64,000 nt of DNA, taken from sequence record MN871440.1, one strand, 5' to 3'. The notes beneath the pieces are model-generated. The model was given only the letters and a program-made list of their open reading frames with translations, was not told the origin of the DNA and ran no database searches. Shown one piece after another: positions 53,483 to 63,156 of this stretch. Each line of letters starts with the position of its first letter. Positions within the stretch are counted from its first letter, which is position 1. Made by a program: the position numbers and the translations under genes.

Positions 53483-53767
53483 ATGTTCTATGCAATGCGT
53501 CATAAAGAGAAGAAAGATCTGTGGCTTGGTATCTCAACTACCGCAAACGAAAATGCTGAGTTCTGCAATTCGGTGACCGCTGATTTCGATTTCATGTGTT
53601 CTGTCCCGTTTATTTCATCAGATCGCGGTATCTTCGAAAACGTGATTCATCACAATCAAGTTACTAAGTGGTTTAACTCTGGCATTGATGATCCGTCTCT
53701 GACTGATTATGATACCAAGCGTAAGACTGCCGATGACTATGAACTGATCGAACTCGGGGTAATCTGA
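53483..53767 (+). CDS. hypothetical protein
   Basis: SD GAGG. Confidence 0.75.
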   Translation: MFYAMRHKEKKDLWLGISTTANENAEFCNSVTADFDFMCSVPFISSDRGIFENVIHHNQVTKWFNSGIDDPSLTDYDTKRKTADDYELIELGVI

Positions 53768-53894
53768 TGTTTATCGAATCCAATTTGTTGCTATCTGCGG
53801 CTGTGTTTTTGTTAATAGTTGGCAACAATATAACTCGCGGTGCCATTATTGGATTCGGTGTAGCTTTTTACTTACTCACTAATGGACTAATAAA

Positions 53895-54083
53895 ATGACC
53901 GGACTTGGCATTCTTTTGTTGAATATGATGTATACAATCTCGATTGTAATATCACTTCATGGCGCGTTGTTTGCCGATACATTACAAAAACGAAAGAACT
54001 CGTTTTACTTTTTTGTTGCATTCATATGGCTGATTGTGTTGGCTCAATTTGGTGTCAAGTCGGTTATGTTCATTTCTCACTAA
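53895..54083 (+). CDS. small membrane protein
   Basis: Two TM segments. Confidence 0.65.
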   Translation: MTGLGILLLNMMYTISIVISLHGALFADTLQKRKNSFYFFVAFIWLIVLAQFGVKSVMFISH

Positions 54084-54105
54084 ATACAGTTTTAGGAGAA
54101 TAAAA

Positions 54106-54366
54106 ATGACCGATGAAGAAGAACTGAAAAAAGTATTGGCCGGGTTTGATGTCAAATTCTTTCAAAAACTGTGTTGCACACTTTGGCAACTGTTGCTAGG
54201 TTCTATGGCATTCGCTGCTGGACAAGCGTGGATTACGGATACATTCGTTGAGAGTGATGGTCCGTTTGCGCTCTATTTCTCTGGTGTTATTGTTGTTTTT
54301 GTTGTTGCTGATTTGATGCTACGCGCAAAGATTCGTAAGGAGACAAAGAGTGAAGACGTTAAGTAA
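54106..54366 (+). CDS. small membrane protein
   Basis: SD AGGAG; two TM segments. Confidence 0.7.
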   Translation: MTDEEELKKVLAGFDVKFFQKLCCTLWQLLLGSMAFAAGQAWITDTFVESDGPFALYFSGVIVVFVVADLMLRAKIRKETKSEDVK

Positions 54367-54895
54367 TTTTCTTGCTGAGAGTGTGAAAGAAGCTCCCGAA
54401 CCAAAGCAAGTATACAAAAGTAAAAATCAGGTCGTCGAGCTGACCAAAGAGCAGGAGTTTGAACTATCAAAGAAATCTAAACTGAATACCAAAATGAAAG
54501 TTGGTGTTTATGATTTCATGAGTTCTATTCATGCACAGGCTCGCGCTGCACAACGTCGCAATGATGTATCCGCAGAAGACTGGAAAGCGTTTTATCGTAA
54601 GATTGCGCATTATGTCGAAGATGAAAAAATCCGAAGTGGTCAGTTTATGTTCCATTCGAAGTCAATGGATATTAGCGTTGCTGGTCGTGTGAAGAACAGA
54701 CAGATCGAAATTGCTACTGTGTATCCAAAGGGAACTGCTGGATTTCAATCCAAGAAACGTACCGAAATGGGACAAAAGCAAGCTATTTTCGAAAGCGTTG
54801 AACAATTCTATGATTCACCGGATACGTCCGATTGGATTGAAGAAGCAGAGAGCATTATGGGCGAAAGTCTGACTGATGTTATCTTGGTAAAATAA
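54350..54895 (+). CDS. hypothetical protein, possible capsid-internal protein
   Basis: N-terminal MKTLSNFLAES resembles T4 head-targeting leaders. Confidence 0.65.
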   Translation: MKTLSNFLAESVKEAPEPKQVYKSKNQVVELTKEQEFELSKKSKLNTKMKVGVYDFMSSIHAQARAAQRRNDVSAEDWKAFYRKIAHYVEDEKIRSGQFMFHSKSMDISVAGRVKNRQIEIATVYPKGTAGFQSKKRTEMGQKQAIFESVEQFYDSPDTSDWIEEAESIMGESLTDVILVK

Positions 54896-54983
54896 AACCA
54901 CCTTCGGGTGGTTTTTTCGTTTTTAGTGCTTGCAATCTGATTTTGTTCTGTTAATATAGCTCTATCGAAACGAGGAGATAATC
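54896..54983 (+). promoter_or_regulatory. terminator plus promoter cassette
   Basis: AACCACC-TTCG-GGTGGTT; TTGCAA 54930; TAATAT; ATCGAAACGAGG. Confidence 0.78.
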
Positions 54984-55172
54984 ATGAACAATCAAGAAAT
55001 CATCGCACTTTGTCTGACACTGATAAACGTTGTATATGGACTTGGTGTAGTATGTTTCTTGGAAGTCTGGGATGAAGGTCAAACGATGAAACGTTATATC
55101 GTTGGCTTGACTACCATGATTCCGTTCATTAGTCTGTCTTATTTTCTGTTTAACTATTGTGGGATTATCTAA
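54984..55172 (+). CDS. small membrane protein
   Basis: Two TM segments. Confidence 0.7.
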   Translation: MNNQEIIALCLTLINVVYGLGVVCFLEVWDEGQTMKRYIVGLTTMIPFISLSYFLFNYCGII

Positions 55173-55411
55173 TGAGTTATTGGCAAGAGACTAAAGATCA
55201 CGTAAACAAGATCATGCTGGCGACTTTCTTTAAGCATCGTCCGCTGAAAGATCCGGTGTCTGCGATCTACAACAACAATCTGCCGGGCGCAATGGACAAG
55301 GTGATGCGTCATATTGCTGTATACGGTCACGATGAAAGCATTAGCGAAAGCATCGAAGCAGTTCGCGAAGCGTGTAAAGTTCTTGATACTAAGGGGTTTT
55401 TGAGTGAGTAA
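55172..55411 (+). CDS. hypothetical protein
   Basis: TAATG coupling. Confidence 0.7.
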   Translation: MSYWQETKDHVNKIMLATFFKHRPLKDPVSAIYNNNLPGAMDKVMRHIAVYGHDESISESIEAVREACKVLDTKGFLSE

Positions 55412-55500
55412 AATTGAAGAATGTGTGAAGAAACTGGAAGTTGGTACTCCGTTTGTTGAGTTTGTAAAATCTAACATCGAAAAATTCTGAGGAAATAATC

Positions 55501-55677
55501 ATGCAAAACAAAGTAGCAATCGAAGTCCTGAGTTCACAAATCAAGTATCTGCAAAATCAAATCGAATCATCTTATGATGAAGTGTGGACACCCGAAGGCG
55601 CAGATAAGCGTGATGTATGGGAAAAAGAAATCGAAAGCATTTTGCATTCCATCTATGTTCTGGAGACTAACGTATGA
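55501..55677 (+). CDS. hypothetical protein (58 aa)
   Basis: SD GAGG. Confidence 0.65.
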   Translation: MQNKVAIEVLSSQIKYLQNQIESSYDEVWTPEGADKRDVWEKEIESILHSIYVLETNV

Positions 55678-55979
55678 CTACCAAGCAAGAACTTCAAATT
55701 GTTGTAAAGCAACTGTTAGAGAAGCTGGGTTACAGTTATCACAACGTTGTAGTTAGTTCTACTGAATTCGGTAATCGCTTTAAGCTGGAAGTATGGATTT
55801 CAGATCACGTTCGGGCACAAGCAATCGCTGATATCTTTGTGAAGCAAACAAACTTCCGTTGTATCTCTACTGCAAGCTATAAGAAGCGTATGTGTGATAA
55901 AGTATCGACTATCTTTGGTTCGGATGTTGAAATGATTCAAGCGATTCAAGCGTGGAATGCAAAGTTAACCGTATGTTGA
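55674..55979 (+). CDS. hypothetical protein
   Basis: ATGA coupling. Confidence 0.7.
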   Translation: MTTKQELQIVVKQLLEKLGYSYHNVVVSSTEFGNRFKLEVWISDHVRAQAIADIFVKQTNFRCISTASYKKRMCDKVSTIFGSDVEMIQAIQAWNAKLTVC

Positions 55980-56236
55980 TCGCAGATATCAAGAAAATGA
56001 TTATGAAGCGGCGAGTTGATGAACTAGCAAAGCGACTCAAGAAAGAAAATATTGCATTCGAACGGTATCGTGATTGCTGTGTTGTCTCGTTGGAGTGCAT
56101 GAAGCTTTGGGTTACTCCCGGTCTAATGCAATACAAGATTACAAATGATTGCACACCAGAAGTGGTTGAAATCAATCATATCAAAGGTGCAATTGCTTTT
56201 GTCAAGACTCTAATCAAACTGGACAAAGATCTATGA
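55973..56236 (+). CDS. hypothetical protein
   Basis: Overlap-coupled ORF. Confidence 0.65.
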   Translation: MLIADIKKMIMKRRVDELAKRLKKENIAFERYRDCCVVSLECMKLWVTPGLMQYKITNDCTPEVVEINHIKGAIAFVKTLIKLDKDL

Positions 56237-57162
56237 CTGAACTCTGGAAAATCAATGAAGATGGTTGCATCGAAGCGTTAGTAGATTACAACTTTTATCA
56301 TCCTGCCGCTAGTCGCGACAAATTTGTTAAAGCTGGCGATGTTGGTGCCAAGATTGAAAGTTTTGTCAAGTTGCCTAAAACCACAGAAAGATTGTGGGTA
56401 GGTAAAGGTACCACTTTCTATCCTCATATAATGAGTTCCAAACTCGGAAGCTGTTATATCGGTGAGAATTGCGTGATCGAAGGTCGCGCTCGAATCAAAG
56501 ACGATGTAATGATTTCAGATGTAGTTCAAATCGGCATGAACGTTTTGATTATGTCGAATACTCTTATTCAAAACAGCGTCAGAATCGGTTACAATACATC
56601 GATTTATGAAAGATGTTGTATTTGTAGTGGTGCTAGAATCGGTTCGAGTTGCACATTAGGTACCGGTACCAAAATCGGTTACAATACGCATCTATGGGAT
56701 GGAGTTAATATTAGTCGTTCTAATATCGGACGAGATAGCGAGATCAAACGTTCTGTGTCTATTGACAAATCATCGATTGGTGATTATAGTGTTATCGATC
56801 AATGTGTTGATTTGCATTTCGTTCAAGCTGGTTCGGCTAAGATTGGCGAGAGTGTCAAACTGTCTAATACTAAGCTGCCGGATCGCGCTGAACTGAATCT
56901 CGGTGATCATTTCATGCTTGCTGGGTGTGGAAAGTACGGTCGCAACGTGTTGTTCTTTACTCATGAAAATGAGGTTTGTGTGAGTGCTGGTTGTCAGAAT
57001 GGCATTACCTATAAGAAGTTTAAAGAGCGAATCAGAAACGCTCATGGTACTAGCACAGAAAGCGCAGATCGTTACAAGCAGATCATGCCTATCATGAATG
57101 CGATCATCAGAGATTTGAAGTGGAAAATTATTAAGAAAAAAGTTCGAATTTTCTTTTCTTAA
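56233..57162 (+). CDS. left-handed beta-helix (hexapeptide repeat) protein
   Basis: Repeats IGENCV/IEGRAR/IGMNVL/IGYNTS. Confidence 0.85.
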   Translation: MTELWKINEDGCIEALVDYNFYHPAASRDKFVKAGDVGAKIESFVKLPKTTERLWVGKGTTFYPHIMSSKLGSCYIGENCVIEGRARIKDDVMISDVVQIGMNVLIMSNTLIQNSVRIGYNTSIYERCCICSGARIGSSCTLGTGTKIGYNTHLWDGVNISRSNIGRDSEIKRSVSIDKSSIGDYSVIDQCVDLHFVQAGSAKIGESVKLSNTKLPDRAELNLGDHFMLAGCGKYGRNVLFFTHENEVCVSAGCQNGITYKKFKERIRNAHGTSTESADRYKQIMPIMNAIIRDLKWKIIKKKVRIFFS

Positions 57163-57165
57163 TGC

Positions 57166-57221
57166 TTGACGATATGGCTCGTTACTGTATAATGAGCCAT
57201 ATCAAGACAGGAGAAAGTATC
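57166..57221 (+). promoter_or_regulatory. early promoter, -10 inside 13-bp inverted repeat
   Basis: TTGACG-N16-TATAAT; GATATGGCTCGTT/AATGAGCCATATC. Confidence 0.82.
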
Positions 57222-57476
57222 ATGACCAAAGAAATCACTCAAGTTATCATCTATTCTTATGAAGCTGTTGTTGATCAAGATGAAAATGATGAAGATGTTT
57301 TGGAAGAGCATTACGGTGTTAAAGCAACTGGTGCTGCCGAAGATGTTTTTGGTCAAGAGATTTTCGAAGATTTCGAAGATAGTTTGGTCGATGCACACGA
57401 AACCGCGCAACAAATCGCTGATGAATGTGGCATCGAAATCACTTGGGAATGTTACAAACCGGGTTGGGCCAAATAA
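57222..57476 (+). CDS. acidic hypothetical protein
   Basis: SD AGGAG; Asp/Glu-rich. Confidence 0.75.
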   Translation: MTKEITQVIIYSYEAVVDQDENDEDVLEEHYGVKATGAAEDVFGQEIFEDFEDSLVDAHETAQQIADECGIEITWECYKPGWAK

Positions 57477-57751
57477 TGTTTGAGTTCATCAAAGAAAGAA
57501 AATGCGAAAAACTCATTGCTTCCTTTAAAATGCTGGGATACAATGGTTATAGATCGATAGCGTTTCCGGGGAATTCTGTCTACATCAGAATGCCAGTCTC
57601 TAAGATGTTAGTTGTTTATCCAAAGATTTTCGGATATACTGTTTATTATTATAATGACGTTACCGATAATCTGGAACCAACTATCTTCGAAGATGCGGAT
57701 CTAGAATTCATCGAAAGCATTATCAATTCAATCAAAAGCTATGAGGAATAA
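57476..57751 (+). CDS. hypothetical protein
   Basis: TAATG coupling. Confidence 0.7.
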   Translation: MFEFIKERKCEKLIASFKMLGYNGYRSIAFPGNSVYIRMPVSKMLVVYPKIFGYTVYYYNDVTDNLEPTIFEDADLEFIESIINSIKSYEE

Positions 57752-57754
57752 ATC

Positions 57755-58156
57755 ATGAAAAAGATGAAAGCAAAGAATATCAAAGCTGGTCAGACTGTTT
57801 ACTATGCTCACGCTCTTGGTGAACACTCATTCGTTACCAAATACATTGTTCGTTCGCGTCCGTATGTGAGTCCAAGAACTGGATACATCTTTGTTCGAGC
57901 TGGGTTTGTATTCTCTGATGGTACTATCGGTAAATTCGATAGCGATTTCAGCCTTGGTGATTGCAACGTTGACGAAATCAACAATTATAACTATCACCGG
58001 TTGTTCTTCAAAAAGAAAGCTGCGGATCGTTATGTGAAAATGTGCAAAGAACTCGATATTATCAAGCAACGAAATACCGATTCTGGCTCTTGGGATTATC
58101 CTCTTGAAATGGATGATTACTGGGATGAACCATCACTGGATGATGATCGCAGTTAA
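57755..58156 (+). CDS. hypothetical protein
   Basis: SD GAGG. Confidence 0.75.
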   Translation: MKKMKAKNIKAGQTVYYAHALGEHSFVTKYIVRSRPYVSPRTGYIFVRAGFVFSDGTIGKFDSDFSLGDCNVDEINNYNYHRLFFKKKAADRYVKMCKELDIIKQRNTDSGSWDYPLEMDDYWDEPSLDDDRS

Positions 58157-58243
58157 TTGAAAAAGTTTTTTGAAAGTTGTTGACGAACGCCAAGAGACAT
58201 GCGATAATGTCTCTATCAAATCAAGACAACTGAGGAATACATC

Positions 58244-58531
58244 ATGAAAAACGTAGCCGCTGAATTCAAAGCACTGTTCGCAACTCGCAAATACTCTGTT
58301 CGTAATGTGCAAATCATCGTTAACTTCGATGGTAAATGTGAAGGCAATAACATGATTGTTGTTACTTCCGACTACGTTGGCACACTGCAAGCAATCGAGC
58401 GCGACCTGTCTCGTTCTAAGATGTTCACCAATGCTTCTATCACTGAGCAATGGGATCACACCGCTTGGTTGTCTGGTGCTGGTGATTCTGAAAAGGTTAT
58501 GCAACTCACAATGATTTGTAAAGCCGAATAA
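58244..58531 (+). CDS. hypothetical protein
   Basis: After IR promoter 58180-58214. Confidence 0.75.
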   Translation: MKNVAAEFKALFATRKYSVRNVQIIVNFDGKCEGNNMIVVTSDYVGTLQAIERDLSRSKMFTNASITEQWDHTAWLSGAGDSEKVMQLTMICKAE

Positions 58532-58599
58532 AAAGTTGTTGACTAACGCACAGAGCCATGCGATAATGGCTCTATCAAATAACGAATGAGGAATACATT

Positions 58600-58944
58600 A
58601 TGCACTTTGTTACTGTAAAAGCTAAAATCAATGCTCGTGGTATCTACAATGCAACTCGCGCAAACATGGTTACTAGCCCGAATGTTCAAAATCTGATTGC
58701 TTTGTTTGATAACAAAGAAATCGAAATCAGAGTGTATGGTGTTAACAATTTCTGTTTCTCAGTCACCGAACAAATGATACGTGATGCCTGGGAAACTTAC
58801 GAAACCGATAACTTTCGTCTTAATGATGCTGTTATCGATCAACTGGTGAATCACTTTTGTGATTCTAATCTAAGCTGCTCTCTCCCAGCTTTTAACGTCG
58901 AAAATTATCAAGATGTTATGGGAGAATATAAAAGGAATGTTTAA
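58600..58944 (+). CDS. hypothetical protein
   Basis: After IR promoter 58539-58573. Confidence 0.75.
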   Translation: MHFVTVKAKINARGIYNATRANMVTSPNVQNLIALFDNKEIEIRVYGVNNFCFSVTEQMIRDAWETYETDNFRLNDAVIDQLVNHFCDSNLSCSLPAFNVENYQDVMGEYKRNV

Positions 58945-59891
58945 TGAACGATATGTTTAAACTTGGTGGTGTTGCTGTTGGTGGTCTGTTTGCTGCTATT
59001 CTGGCAATGAACTCTTACACAATCGTTGATGCTGGTACTACCAAAGTCGGTACCATCATGGGTGAAGTTCAAGATCGTCCTCTGGAAGAAGGTTTGCACT
59101 TTGTAAACCCGCTGATGGGATTCGATACTTTCGACACTCGTAACAACAAGTTTGTTAAAGAGAATCTGTTGATTCCGACCAAAGACCGTTTCAACAGTAC
59201 CGCGAACGTTGCCGTTCTGTATCGTGTTGATAACTCCAAGACCCCGTTCATCAAAAAGAACTACGGTACTATGGAAATGTTTGTTGATAAAGCGATGTCT
59301 CAGTTCCTGACCAGCATTATCAAAGACGAAGGTCGTAAAATTGCGGATTCACGTGGTCTGGCTGACAGTTTCAACGTTACCACCATGCAAGAGAATACCA
59401 AGCGTCGCCTGCAAGAAGCATTGACTGGAACCGGTATCACTCTGCAAGAAATTCTGATTCAGGACGTAACTTTCGATCCGCGTATTCAGAATCAGATTCT
59501 GCAAACTCAAGATCGAATTCAGAAAGAAGAAGCTGAGAAATCTCAACTGCGAATCGCTACCACTGCCGCACAGACTACCGAAGCAACCGCTAAGGGTAAC
59601 GCTGCCGCGAACAAAGCGAAGTTTGAAGCAGAAGCTTACAAGACATTCGTGGAAGCCAAAGCATATGCTGATGGCGTAAAACAAAAAGCTGATGCAGATC
59701 GTTACATGGCTGAACAAACCGCGATTGGTAACCAGAAATTGGCATCTTCTCTGACTCCGCAGATTATCGAGCTGAAGCGTCTGGAAGTTCAAATGAAACA
59801 AGCTGGTGAAGGTTGGAATGGTCAAGTTCCTGCTAACTTCACTATGATGGGCAACGGTCAAGCTCCTCTGTTTCTGAAACAAATGCAGTAA
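58944..59891 (+). CDS. SPFH/band 7 (prohibitin-like) membrane protein
   Basis: N-terminal TM segment; GLHFVNP; Ala/Glu-rich coiled coil. Confidence 0.9.
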   Translation: MNDMFKLGGVAVGGLFAAILAMNSYTIVDAGTTKVGTIMGEVQDRPLEEGLHFVNPLMGFDTFDTRNNKFVKENLLIPTKDRFNSTANVAVLYRVDNSKTPFIKKNYGTMEMFVDKAMSQFLTSIIKDEGRKIADSRGLADSFNVTTMQENTKRRLQEALTGTGITLQEILIQDVTFDPRIQNQILQTQDRIQKEEAEKSQLRIATTAAQTTEATAKGNAAANKAKFEAEAYKTFVEAKAYADGVKQKADADRYMAEQTAIGNQKLASSLTPQIIELKRLEVQMKQAGEGWNGQVPANFTMMGNGQAPLFLKQMQ

Positions 59892-59896
59892 TCATT

Positions 59897-59918
59897 AAGA
59901 GGGCGAAAGCCCTCTTTT
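59897..59918 (+). terminator. intrinsic terminator
   Basis: AAGAGGGC-GAAA-GCCCTCTT-TT. Confidence 0.85.
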
Positions 59919-59933
59919 CATTTAAGGAGAAGT

Positions 59934-60230
59934 ATGAAATACGTTCAATTTGTCTTGTTGTATGTTCTCTATCATATCGCCGCTTTTATTGATCGAATGG
60001 TGGTAAAATCTGGAATCTATCGAGATCAATTCGAATCGTCCTTGATGCGGTCAATAACCAAGAATCGAATCAAGCGATATCGTGGGTTTGACAGTGCCGA
60101 TGATGTTTATCAAGCGTATGCCGATGCACTGCCAGATTTAAACCCAGCTGATTTGACAGAACAAATCAAAACGAATATTGATAGCGCACAACTCAGGCAC
60201 TCGCTGAAAATGGCTACAAAGAAAGTCTAA
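59934..60230 (+). CDS. hypothetical protein
   Basis: SD AAGGAG. Confidence 0.7.
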   Translation: MKYVQFVLLYVLYHIAAFIDRMVVKSGIYRDQFESSLMRSITKNRIKRYRGFDSADDVYQAYADALPDLNPADLTEQIKTNIDSAQLRHSLKMATKKV

Positions 60231-60342
60231 ACCACCTTCGGGTGGTTTTTTTTTATTTTTTATCCGGAAAAGTCCTTGCACAGAATCCGGTTTCTGTTAA
60301 TATAGCTACATCGAAACGAGATACACAACTGAGGAAAACATC
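60230..60342 (+). promoter_or_regulatory. terminator plus promoter cassette
   Basis: AACCACC-TTCG-GGTGGTT; TTGCAC 60276; TAATAT; AGCTACATCGAAACG. Confidence 0.8.
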
Positions 60343-61260
60343 ATGCTGACTACAATCGAAATGAAACAAAACGCCATCGCTGCTCTGACCGCTCGCATCA
60401 ATCACGATCTGAAAATGGCAAACGAACACTTCGACGCGAATCTGGTAATCGGTAAGAATCTGAAAGTTGAATTCAATCTGAAAGGTCGGGCCGCTGGTCA
60501 AGCTGTTATGACTGGTCGCAAAGCTGGTGGTTTTGACTCTCGCAAATATGCCATTCGTTTCAACGTCAACATGATGATCATGAACGAAAAAGCTTGGTGG
60601 CATATGCTGGACGAAACCGTTAGCCACGAAATCGCTCACGTTGTTGATTATGTTCAGCGTCAAAAAAGCGGTCATGACTCTCGTTGGAAGTTCCTGCATG
60701 AAATGCTGGGTGGTCAAGCTCACACTTATCACCAACTGGAACTGGCCACCGCTGAATATGAATACAATGTTCACGGTAAATCTATTAAACTCGGTCAAGT
60801 TCGTCATAACAAAGTGATGGCAGGTCATTACTACTTGACCACTGTTAACGGCGTTTCCCGTCGTCTGGACAAATCTCACTTTGTTGGCGAAGTTCAGAAA
60901 ACTGCAATGAATGTTGTTCCGACCCGTGATAACGAAGTCGCTCCTTACACTGTTAAAACTAACGTGGTTGACACTCAGAAGAAAGTTGCTATTGCTAAAG
61001 CCAAGGTTGTTACTCCTGTTGCTGTAGTAGCTCCTAAAGCTCTGCCGGTTGCTGCTAATACCGCAGTCGCTACCCCGAAGCGTCACATGGCTCCGAGTGG
61101 TCTGTTGGTTGCTCACAAACCGTCCAAGACCGCTGTTCAAATCTGGGAAAACGGGATCAAGACCAAAGCGGAATTCATCGCTGCTTATGAAGCTGCCGGT
61201 TGCAAAAACGCTGATCGCACTTTCTCTCTGGTAGTTGCTTGGTTTGTTGGTAAAAAGTGA
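60343..61260 (+). CDS. SprT-like zinc metalloprotease
   Basis: LKGRAAG; TVSHEIAH; GHDSRWK. Confidence 0.88.
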   Translation: MLTTIEMKQNAIAALTARINHDLKMANEHFDANLVIGKNLKVEFNLKGRAAGQAVMTGRKAGGFDSRKYAIRFNVNMMIMNEKAWWHMLDETVSHEIAHVVDYVQRQKSGHDSRWKFLHEMLGGQAHTYHQLELATAEYEYNVHGKSIKLGQVRHNKVMAGHYYLTTVNGVSRRLDKSHFVGEVQKTAMNVVPTRDNEVAPYTVKTNVVDTQKKVAIAKAKVVTPVAVVAPKALPVAANTAVATPKRHMAPSGLLVAHKPSKTAVQIWENGIKTKAEFIAAYEAAGCKNADRTFSLVVAWFVGKK

Positions 61261-61314
61261 TTGACGAAAATCCGGGAGCATGTAATAATGCTCCCATCTT
61301 AAAAGGAGATTGTT

Positions 61315-61542
61315 ATGAAAGGTCAAAATCGAATATTTCATTGGAAACATCACACAATCAATCTGACCGAACTGGATCAAAAAATCAACTGGCATTTGAA
61401 AATGCAAAGTTCTGTTGGTTTTAGCGAGTTCGATTACTTTTTGGAATCTCTGCGTCGTCACATGATCGCGGGTGGAGAAGACGTTGTTTCTTATGCTAAC
61501 GCTCGTGGTTTCGAACAACAACTGATGGAATTTGTCAAATGA
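61315..61542 (+). CDS. hypothetical protein
   Basis: After IR promoter 61261-61295. Confidence 0.7.
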   Translation: MKGQNRIFHWKHHTINLTELDQKINWHLKMQSSVGFSEFDYFLESLRRHMIAGGEDVVSYANARGFEQQLMEFVK

Positions 61543-62111
61543 AAAAACTGATTACCGATACGGATAAACTCCGTATCAATATCGCACAGAAAGACGCGCT
61601 GAAACTGCTTGGTGTGTTTGAAGCTAAAGATCGACCTAATGCACAAAAGATCATTGCATATATGGCCGAGCAATGGGAACGCGCTATCAAACAGCGTCAT
61701 ACTACCGTTAATCTGGATCTGGCTATCTCTCGGGGTCTATCAGACGAAACGATTCTCAAGATCGATCAACTGCAACGATATCGCGATTTGCATGTAAAGC
61801 GTCTAAAGAACGAGGAACTTTACAATGTTGGAACTGTTGGTCAAGTAGTTCAGAAACAACGCATTGCTGATCATCTTGCTTGGCTACGGGATATCGAATA
61901 CGAATTGCAATCTCTCTGGGGTTTTGATATCGATTCGTCTTTCCACAAGTACAATTTGCCGCACTGCACTTGTCCACAACACATACCGGGTAATGTGTTC
62001 CGTCGAGTGAATCGAGATTGTCCGTTGCATAATGAAGAAATGAAAGAACTGGTAAACGAATTTTTCGATAAAATCGATCACAACTATAATACAACTGGTA
62101 TCGAAAAATAA
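61539..62111 (+). CDS. hypothetical protein
   Basis: LQSLWGF..D; CTCP; CPLH motifs. Confidence 0.8.
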   Translation: MKKLITDTDKLRINIAQKDALKLLGVFEAKDRPNAQKIIAYMAEQWERAIKQRHTTVNLDLAISRGLSDETILKIDQLQRYRDLHVKRLKNEELYNVGTVGQVVQKQRIADHLAWLRDIEYELQSLWGFDIDSSFHKYNLPHCTCPQHIPGNVFRRVNRDCPLHNEEMKELVNEFFDKIDHNYNTTGIEK

Positions 62112-62185
62112 TTAAGAAAGTGCTTGCGCGTGTGGCTGTATCTGTTATTATGGCCACATCGAAACGAAACATTGAGGAAAACATC

Positions 62186-62566
62186 ATGAAAGCAGCAATC
62201 GAGCAAATGATCCGTGAAATGAATGAGTTCAGTGAAAATCATTACTGGAACATTCTTATCCCTGACATGAAAAAGCGTTATGATGAAGACCACGTTAAAT
62301 GTTTCATGAAGCAAAACCTTAATCGCAATGTCTACGGTGTAGAATACGGTCGTAAGAATGCCCGAGTTTATCGCGCTGATTACAACGGTAGCTCCAGAAG
62401 TGTTGTGTGGTTTGTTGACTTGGAAAACGGTAACATCATGAAAGCGAATGGCTGGAAAGCTGCTTCTAAGTATGTTCGTGGTAACGTTTCCGATTGGCGT
62501 TCCGCAATGAGCCAAGCATCCGCTCATGGTATCTTTGGTTTTATTTCTTGTCGTGAGGGTCGTTAA
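62186..62566 (+). CDS. hypothetical protein (common phage family)
   Basis: FVDLENGNIMKANGWKA..VRGN. Confidence 0.8.
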   Translation: MKAAIEQMIREMNEFSENHYWNILIPDMKKRYDEDHVKCFMKQNLNRNVYGVEYGRKNARVYRADYNGSSRSVVWFVDLENGNIMKANGWKAASKYVRGNVSDWRSAMSQASAHGIFGFISCREGR

Positions 62567-62793
62567 TGAAAGCACGTATCAAAGATTTTGGAATCAACAT
62601 CGAAGCCTTTGTTTCATCCGATGTAAGTGATTATCTGTATGGACTTATTGGTATTCACGGTATTCATGTTTTCTTCTATCATGCCGAACAAAAGACCGAG
62701 TTTGAAATTGAAGAGACGGAAAACGGATATAGCTTTGAGTTGAATTGTGTTTTGTTTGAAGATATCCCATCAAAATTCATTGAGCTGATTTAA
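62566..62793 (+). CDS. hypothetical protein
   Basis: TAATG coupling. Confidence 0.7.
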   Translation: MKARIKDFGINIEAFVSSDVSDYLYGLIGIHGIHVFFYHAEQKTEFEIEETENGYSFELNCVLFEDIPSKFIELI

Positions 62794-62802
62794 GGAAATA
62801 CT

Positions 62803-63156
62803 ATGTTTATCAAGAAAGAAGATTGGAAAGCGTCTCTGGCTGTTTATCAACAAATGATTGATAATGGTCACATCGAAGGAATTCGAATCAAAGAGCTTTT
62901 CACTATTCCCGTTATGATCAAGAAAAAAGTTACCGGTTATTTGTTCCGGACTATTCACGGTGTTTTTGTTCGAGAACAGGTAGAGCGTGAGATCAAAGTC
63001 CCGAATATTGATGGCGAGCGCGAACTGATCGGCTATGATGTCACAGTGGTAGCAAAGAAACCCGTTTTGTTTGAAGGTATAGTGGCTCGTCCTGAGTTCG
63101 GATATACCTTCAATCGTAAAAAACATCACGAATTTATGAAAAAGTGCTTGCACTGA
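62803..63156 (+). CDS. hypothetical protein
   Basis: SD AAGGA. Confidence 0.75.
   Translation: MFIKKEDWKASLAVYQQMIDNGHIEGIRIKELFTIPVMIKKKVTGYLFRTIHGVFVREQVEREIKVPNIDGERELIGYDVTVVAKKPVLFEGIVARPEFGYTFNRKKHHEFMKKCLH

Noticed and set aside
80-63153. Minus-strand ORFs in the track (e.g. 33774..35117, 60253..61521, 14280..15143)
   Set aside because: Antisense shadows of plus-strand genes or tRNAs; no SD, promoter or motif support
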